A stretch of DNA of 64,000 nt from Candidatus Poribacteria bacterium. Lineage in GTDB: Bacteria > Poribacteria > WGA-4E > UBA9662. The position numbers and the translations under genes are program-made. The stretch is taken from positions 32,001 through 96,000 of the forward strand of contig JAYZAL010000038.1 of assembly GCA_036339735.1 (NCBI GenBank), read 5' to 3'. The notes under the pieces were generated by a model. The model was not told where the DNA came from, made no database searches, and saw nothing but the letters and a program-made list of their open reading frames with translations. Shown here piece after piece: positions 59,747-64,000 of this stretch; within the stretch, counting starts at the first letter, position 1, and every line of letters begins with the position of its first letter.

Positions 59747-61072
59747 TTAAGGAAATTGAAAGGTTTTTTGATCCGATAGCACCATCAAATCGAAGAAAGT
59801 TTCAACATCATTTCGAGTCGGATCTAGTTGCCGGATTCTATCGTGAAGGAAAGACCAACTCCGTGCATTTTGTGGTCCCAAATCAACTAATTCTTGATTA
59901 TACTGTTCGATCTGGTTTTCATTTTTTGGTGTCCGTTTCATCAGCCATTCTACAATTTGATGGTCAGTGGGCAATTTTTGGAGTTGTTGAGTAAATTCAT
60001 CGATCGAAATTTCCAGAAAATCTAATATATAACGATCGATAGCAGAATCTTTTCCGTACCAATAACCGCCGAGTGTATTGCTGTTGAAAGCTCGGCCTTT
60101 ATCGATGAGACGAGCTAAATGAACTAAACCGCCAGCATCGCGATTGTATGGGCTACGGGGTGCTCGTCGAGCTAAATCAAGAATACCAAAACTATTTTGA
60201 TCATCGTAGTCCATAAGATCGAGCCAGTTCTGAACATATTGGTTGTCAGGTGCGACGATACTCCTACGAGAGTCAAAGTTCTCCCGATTAAAATAATCCA
60301 GATAAGATTTGTCTGGTGTCGACTCGATTGCTGGTTGTAAACCAAAATGGAGAGCTTGATGATTCCATGTGGAAATCCGATCAGAGTCAGCAGCCGTATT
60401 TAATAGTATCCATTCTCCAAGTTCTAGATCATTCGGATTATCAATTGCTGTTTGTTGAAATTTCTCGTCTTCTATATCTAATAACTCCAGTAAGTACACA
60501 TCAAAGGGGGAGTACTGGCCATATTTGTAGACTCCATTTTTTTCGCAGCTACTAGCACGTGCTTTGTCTGCCATTCTAGCTATACCAAACAGTCCAGCAA
60601 CATTTCGGTCATAAGGACTACGAGGCGGACCAACCTGTAAATCAACAGGCCAAAAAGTTCCCCAATCGTCCAATTCTATGGACCCAAAAACTGTTTTGAT
60701 ATCTGTTCGGTCTGGGGCATATTTTTTGACTCGATTCTTTAGCAATTCAATGTGCCAATCATCTTCCGGCATACGATTTGTTTCTAATCGATTGAAAGCC
60801 TCTATTTCTCCAAGTGTTTTTTTTGATTGATCGATTACCCAGTGGCCGATTTCACTATCATCTTTTTGATTTACTGCTCGAGTGAAGTCTTGAGCCGAAA
60901 CACCTAAGAAACGTAGGATTCGTCTATCCAAACCAGAATCTGAGCCGTATAAATATTGGCCGATCATTTCTTCATTATGAGCCCTAGCTTTGTCAATCAT
61001 ACGAGCTACACCGACAATTCCGGCAACGGAAGAATTCGTAGGGCGCCGAGGTGGTTGTTTGGTCAAATCCAT
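59747..61072 (-). CDS. Protein with three tandem DUF5069-like domains
   Basis: Three repeats of DL...PR.P....AG....AR..DK.RA......G.Y.YG..S..D...L..L. Confidence 0.75.
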   Translation of the reverse strand: MDLTKQPPRRPTNSSVAGIVGVARMIDKARAHNEEMIGQYLYGSDSGLDRRILRFLGVSAQDFTRAVNQKDDSEIGHWVIDQSKKTLGEIEAFNRLETNRMPEDDWHIELLKNRVKKYAPDRTDIKTVFGSIELDDWGTFWPVDLQVGPPRSPYDRNVAGLFGIARMADKARASSCEKNGVYKYGQYSPFDVYLLELLDIEDEKFQQTAIDNPNDLELGEWILLNTAADSDRISTWNHQALHFGLQPAIESTPDKSYLDYFNRENFDSRRSIVAPDNQYVQNWLDLMDYDDQNSFGILDLARRAPRSPYNRDAGGLVHLARLIDKGRAFNSNTLGGYWYGKDSAIDRYILDFLEISIDEFTQQLQKLPTDHQIVEWLMKRTPKNENQIEQYNQELVDLGPQNARSWSFLHDRIRQLDPTRNDVETFFDLMVLSDQKTFQFP

Positions 61073-61099
61073 ATCTATTTTCTTGCCCGGTTAATTATT

Positions 61100-61879
61100 T
61101 TACTTCTTTGATTCTAGGCTAGCTGGTCGCCCACCAGAAGATGGCGGTGACAAAATACGCTTCTGCTGCTCGGTTGGTTCAAAATAGTCATTAGGATCAT
61201 AGTAACTTTGAGAGTAAGAAATATGCCCTGGACTATACTTGTACAGGAAAGTACGCCTTTCATGGTCAGCGTTCCAAGGCAAAGTACCATGAACTAGGGC
61301 CTCAGTAAAAAAAAGAGCGTCTCCAGCTTTAACTACTGGCTGAACCACGTAAGGCTCAGACCTTTTAAAAGTACGAACATCATGCGGAAAATCCGATAAA
61401 AAGTTAGATTTATGACTGCCAGGAACACAAGCAAAGCCTCCATCACCCGGACCTGCATCCGCAAAAAAAAAGGTTAGTACTGACAACCCATTACGAATAG
61501 TACCATTGTGATGTTTGTAGAATTGACAACCGTTCGCAGTCTCAGGACCTCCATGCAATATACTTTTATCCTCACGACCTCGCTTCATAAAAATACAGTA
61601 GTCATGGTCTAAACGAAAAGTCGGTCCCAAAAATTCTCTCAGGTATGGTGTTACACCAGGATGATCTATCAATCTTTGGCAAACCGGATCCCATTTGGAA
61701 ACCCGACTCGTTCGACGTAAACTTCCCTCTTCTTTCAAGTTTTCCACTTCGTCGTAACTACGAGGAAAGATTCGGTCACACACTTCATTAATTTCAGCAA
61801 TTTCATCTTCAGTCAGAACATTCTTAATTATGATGTATCCCTGAAGGTCAAACACGAATTTATCTTCTAACGTTACCAT
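61100..61879 (-). CDS. PhyH-like Fe(II)/2OG enzyme, FDLQGY subfamily (HGG in place of HxD)
   Basis: FDLQGY, RLDHDY, ILHGG, VPGSHKSNF, EALVHG and RR motifs. ATG 61879 is preferred by comparison with paralogs. Confidence 0.8.
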   Translation of the reverse strand: MVTLEDKFVFDLQGYIIIKNVLTEDEIAEINEVCDRIFPRSYDEVENLKEEGSLRRTSRVSKWDPVCQRLIDHPGVTPYLREFLGPTFRLDHDYCIFMKRGREDKSILHGGPETANGCQFYKHHNGTIRNGLSVLTFFFADAGPGDGGFACVPGSHKSNFLSDFPHDVRTFKRSEPYVVQPVVKAGDALFFTEALVHGTLPWNADHERRTFLYKYSPGHISYSQSYYDPNDYFEPTEQQKRILSPPSSGGRPASLESKK

Positions 61880-61986
61880 TTTGGCCCATCTCACTAGACT
61901 TAGGTTTAATATTGACAACATGATAACATTTTGTCCCTTCAATTCAAGGTGCAAAATCAAGGATGACTGCCATATAATAGCCAAGC

Positions 61987-62011
61987 ACAAAAATCGATAA
62001 TCGATTTTTGT
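61987..62011. promoter_or_regulatory. 25-bp perfect palindrome, putative repressor operator
   Basis: ACAAAAATCGAT-A-ATCGATTTTTGT just downstream of TATAAT (61973-61978), in a divergent intergenic region. Confidence 0.65.
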
Positions 62012-62042
62012 TCTGGTAACAAATCAAAATAAGGAATTGATC

Positions 62043-62903
62043 ATGAAAATTGGACTACGAATCCCCGGTGCTGCTGGACAAATGCCATTCTCAGAATTTT
62101 GTGCTTGGTGCAAAAAAAATGGCTTTGAGGCCATCGATATTGGCCAAATTACCAACGAGGTAGTTGAGACGGCCACTGGTGCTGGGTTGACCATCGGTAC
62201 AGCTGATCTACCCGGTACACGTGACCTTATTAGTCTTAATTCAGCCAAGGTTAAGGCGGGAGCTGAGGCAGCGAAATCCGCGATTTCTGCCGCAGCCGAA
62301 AACGGCATCTCAATTATGTTTTGCGTATTCGTCCCAGATGATGCTTCACTAGGACGAGCGAAAAATTACGAAATTTGGAAAGAAAATTTTCCAGCAGTTG
62401 CTGAATTTGCTGCTGAAAAAGGCGTTTCAATTGCAGTCGAAGGGTGGCCGGGTGGTGGTCCCGAATATCCAGCGCTTGGTTGTACGCCCGAAATGTGGCG
62501 AGCTATGTTTGCCGACTGTCCAAATGGTTTCGGCCTTAATTATGATCCTTCTCACTTAGTACGAATCGGAATCGATCATGAACGAGCCTTGGACGAATTT
62601 GCCCATAAAGTCTTACATGTACATGCTAAAGATACAGTTTTCGATCAAGAAGCTCTCTACCTTCACGGCAATCTTGGTCCCGTTTTTCGCAATCCGCGTG
62701 GATTTGGCGAAGACTGGTGGCGATACACAATTCCAGGTGATGGTGTAGTAGATTGGCTGAAAGTAGTTCAGCGCCTAGAAGATGAGAGCTTTGATGGTAT
62801 CGTAAGCGTAGAGCTAGAAGACTATCGATATTGGAAGGACTGGCCGGCTCAGGCTGATGGACTTCGGCGCTCGCAGTCCTTTCTATCTAACATTGTACGC
62901 TAA
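62043..62903 (+). CDS. Sugar phosphate isomerase/epimerase (xylose-isomerase-like TIM barrel)
   Basis: IAVEGWP, NYDPSHL, HVHAKD, YTIPGDG.VDW and SVELED motifs. Confidence 0.88.
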   Translation: MKIGLRIPGAAGQMPFSEFCAWCKKNGFEAIDIGQITNEVVETATGAGLTIGTADLPGTRDLISLNSAKVKAGAEAAKSAISAAAENGISIMFCVFVPDDASLGRAKNYEIWKENFPAVAEFAAEKGVSIAVEGWPGGGPEYPALGCTPEMWRAMFADCPNGFGLNYDPSHLVRIGIDHERALDEFAHKVLHVHAKDTVFDQEALYLHGNLGPVFRNPRGFGEDWWRYTIPGDGVVDWLKVVQRLEDESFDGIVSVELEDYRYWKDWPAQADGLRRSQSFLSNIVR

Positions 62904-63124
62904 CTAAAACATAATAGATCATGCAGTAGGATTCTATCGTTTATTACGTTTTTGTTGGTAGTGGGTTTGAATTGCGTACTTGGTGAGGATTTCAGCTATC
63001 TAGACCAAAAAGTAACTGATCTATTTGTTGCCAGACGCGCTCTATTGCTATCCCGTCTGCGCTAAAAGCCAATAAAAGGCTAATGCGCCATGAATTAGTA
63101 TCAAGATTGGCTTGTGATGTTCAG

Positions 63125-64000
63125 CTAAGTTGACTTCACAAGCCGACTCTTGACACCTGCTGCCAATAGTGGGATCATAATTTCGTGATGTCCACAAAAA
63201 GTGAACCCTTGTCCTCCATCGCTAGTAGGACGACGGACAACATTTTCCTGTGGCCGGTAATGATTCACCATGTCGAAATTGGCCGTTGTGAATTGACGAA
63301 CCGTGTGACCAAGGTTACGAGCAACCGTCAAGGATTTCAAGAAAACTTCAGGCAAAATAACAGCTGACCCGAAATTCAATACCACCCCACCACTACCCAA
63401 GTCGGCGACTATCGATGTTAACAGTCGAAAATCGTCAAAGCTTGCTTTCCCAATTGCTGCTCCATCTGCAGTAGGGTGTTGATGGATAATATCGGTACCA
63501 ATCGCAACATGAACAGTAATAGGAATGTTGAGCTTTTGAGCTTGTACCATCAGACTAGCCTCGGCATAAGGTGGATTCAAATTCCACAAGGCTTGGGCAA
63601 ATCCCTTACCCAAACCAGTTCCGTCTCTCACGGCTTGGATACTTGCATGATTCATCAAACGACCTGTTTCTTCGGCCATCCCGAAGTAACCCGTTTGAAT
63701 ATTCAGTTCCACATCTTCAGAAGTTTCACCTATCATACCAATTTCAAAATCATGAATGGCTGTTGAACCGTTAAAAACCAGAGCTGAAATGACACCTATC
63801 TGCATCAAGTCTATCAGAATTGGGCTTAACCCGCATTTGACTACGTGTCCACCCAGCATGGCAATTACTGGTTTCTGTTGTCTGTAAGCAAGAATCATCG
63901 AATCTATTAAGTCAGTTAAATCTTGCCCCTTTAGGATTTTTGGTAAAGATTCTAGCAGATCGTCAATTAGTAGACTAGAACTAACAGGCGCAGCAAAATC
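63125..64000 (-). CDS. Deoxyhypusine-synthase-like (DHS-fold) conserved protein (partial, 5' end outside the window)
   Basis: Frame stays open from 63898 to 64000 (DFAAPV...LPKILKGQD). GGHVVKCG, IHDFE, ETSEDV, GSAVILPEVFLK and GHHE motifs. Confidence 0.65.
   Translation of the reverse strand, partial: DFAAPVSSSLLIDDLLESLPKILKGQDLTDLIDSMILAYRQQKPVIAMLGGHVVKCGLSPILIDLMQIGVISALVFNGSTAIHDFEIGMIGETSEDVELNIQTGYFGMAEETGRLMNHASIQAVRDGTGLGKGFAQALWNLNPPYAEASLMVQAQKLNIPITVHVAIGTDIIHQHPTADGAAIGKASFDDFRLLTSIVADLGSGGVVLNFGSAVILPEVFLKSLTVARNLGHTVRQFTTANFDMVNHYRPQENVVRRPTSDGGQGFTFCGHHEIMIPLLAAGVKSRLVKST

Noticed and set aside
62915-63065. Signal-peptide-like short reading frame (RILSFITFLLVVGLNCVLGEDF...)
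   Set aside because: No clear start codon and too short to assign. Possibly a gene remnant.
368-63774. Numerous short ORF-track entries overlapping or antisense to longer genes (e.g. 711-923, 3616-4032, 19340-19741, 34637-35029, 56389-56736, 62024-62308)
   Set aside because: Shadow ORFs of well-supported genes with no recognisable motifs.
1-64000. CRISPR array, integron, prophage, transposase or defence system
   Set aside because: No regularly spaced direct repeats or diagnostic proteins were seen.

Overview
AT-rich, gene-dense bacterial chromosomal segment. I found no rRNA, tRNA, CRISPR array, transposase or phage genes. The gene content is typical of Candidatus Poribacteria (taxonomy inferred, not verified): ten PhyH-like Fe(II)/2-oxoglutarate oxygenase genes, secreted LamG/lectin-fold proteins, sulfatases, a BNR sialidase-like protein, family-5 ABC importers and sugar-catabolic enzymes. 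Housekeeping genes (udk, hisB, hisJ-type PHP, trmK, tatD) are scattered among them. The most notable signals are: (1) a shared C-terminal motif, K-[LI]-x-T-x-W-[GA]-x-[IV]-[KR], on four signal-peptide proteins from two unrelated families, which looks like a protein-sorting signal; one carrier lies next to a cluster encoding a FadL/PorV-like barrel fused to a lytic transglycosylase, a LysM-M23 peptidase and a non-catalytic FGE-fold lipoprotein; (2) a PhyH subfamily lacking the iron-binding carboxylate (HxG/HxH/HxA), as in radical halogenases; (3) a Cys/His-rich leader ORF ending in RSPP upstream of a DUF3347-TolC metal-resistance operon, probably a ribosome-stalling sensor; (4) a structured RNA candidate in a 1.6-kb intergenic gap; (5) perfect palindromic operator candidates and two nonsense pseudogenes. 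All family assignments come from motif recognition by eye; no database searches were run.
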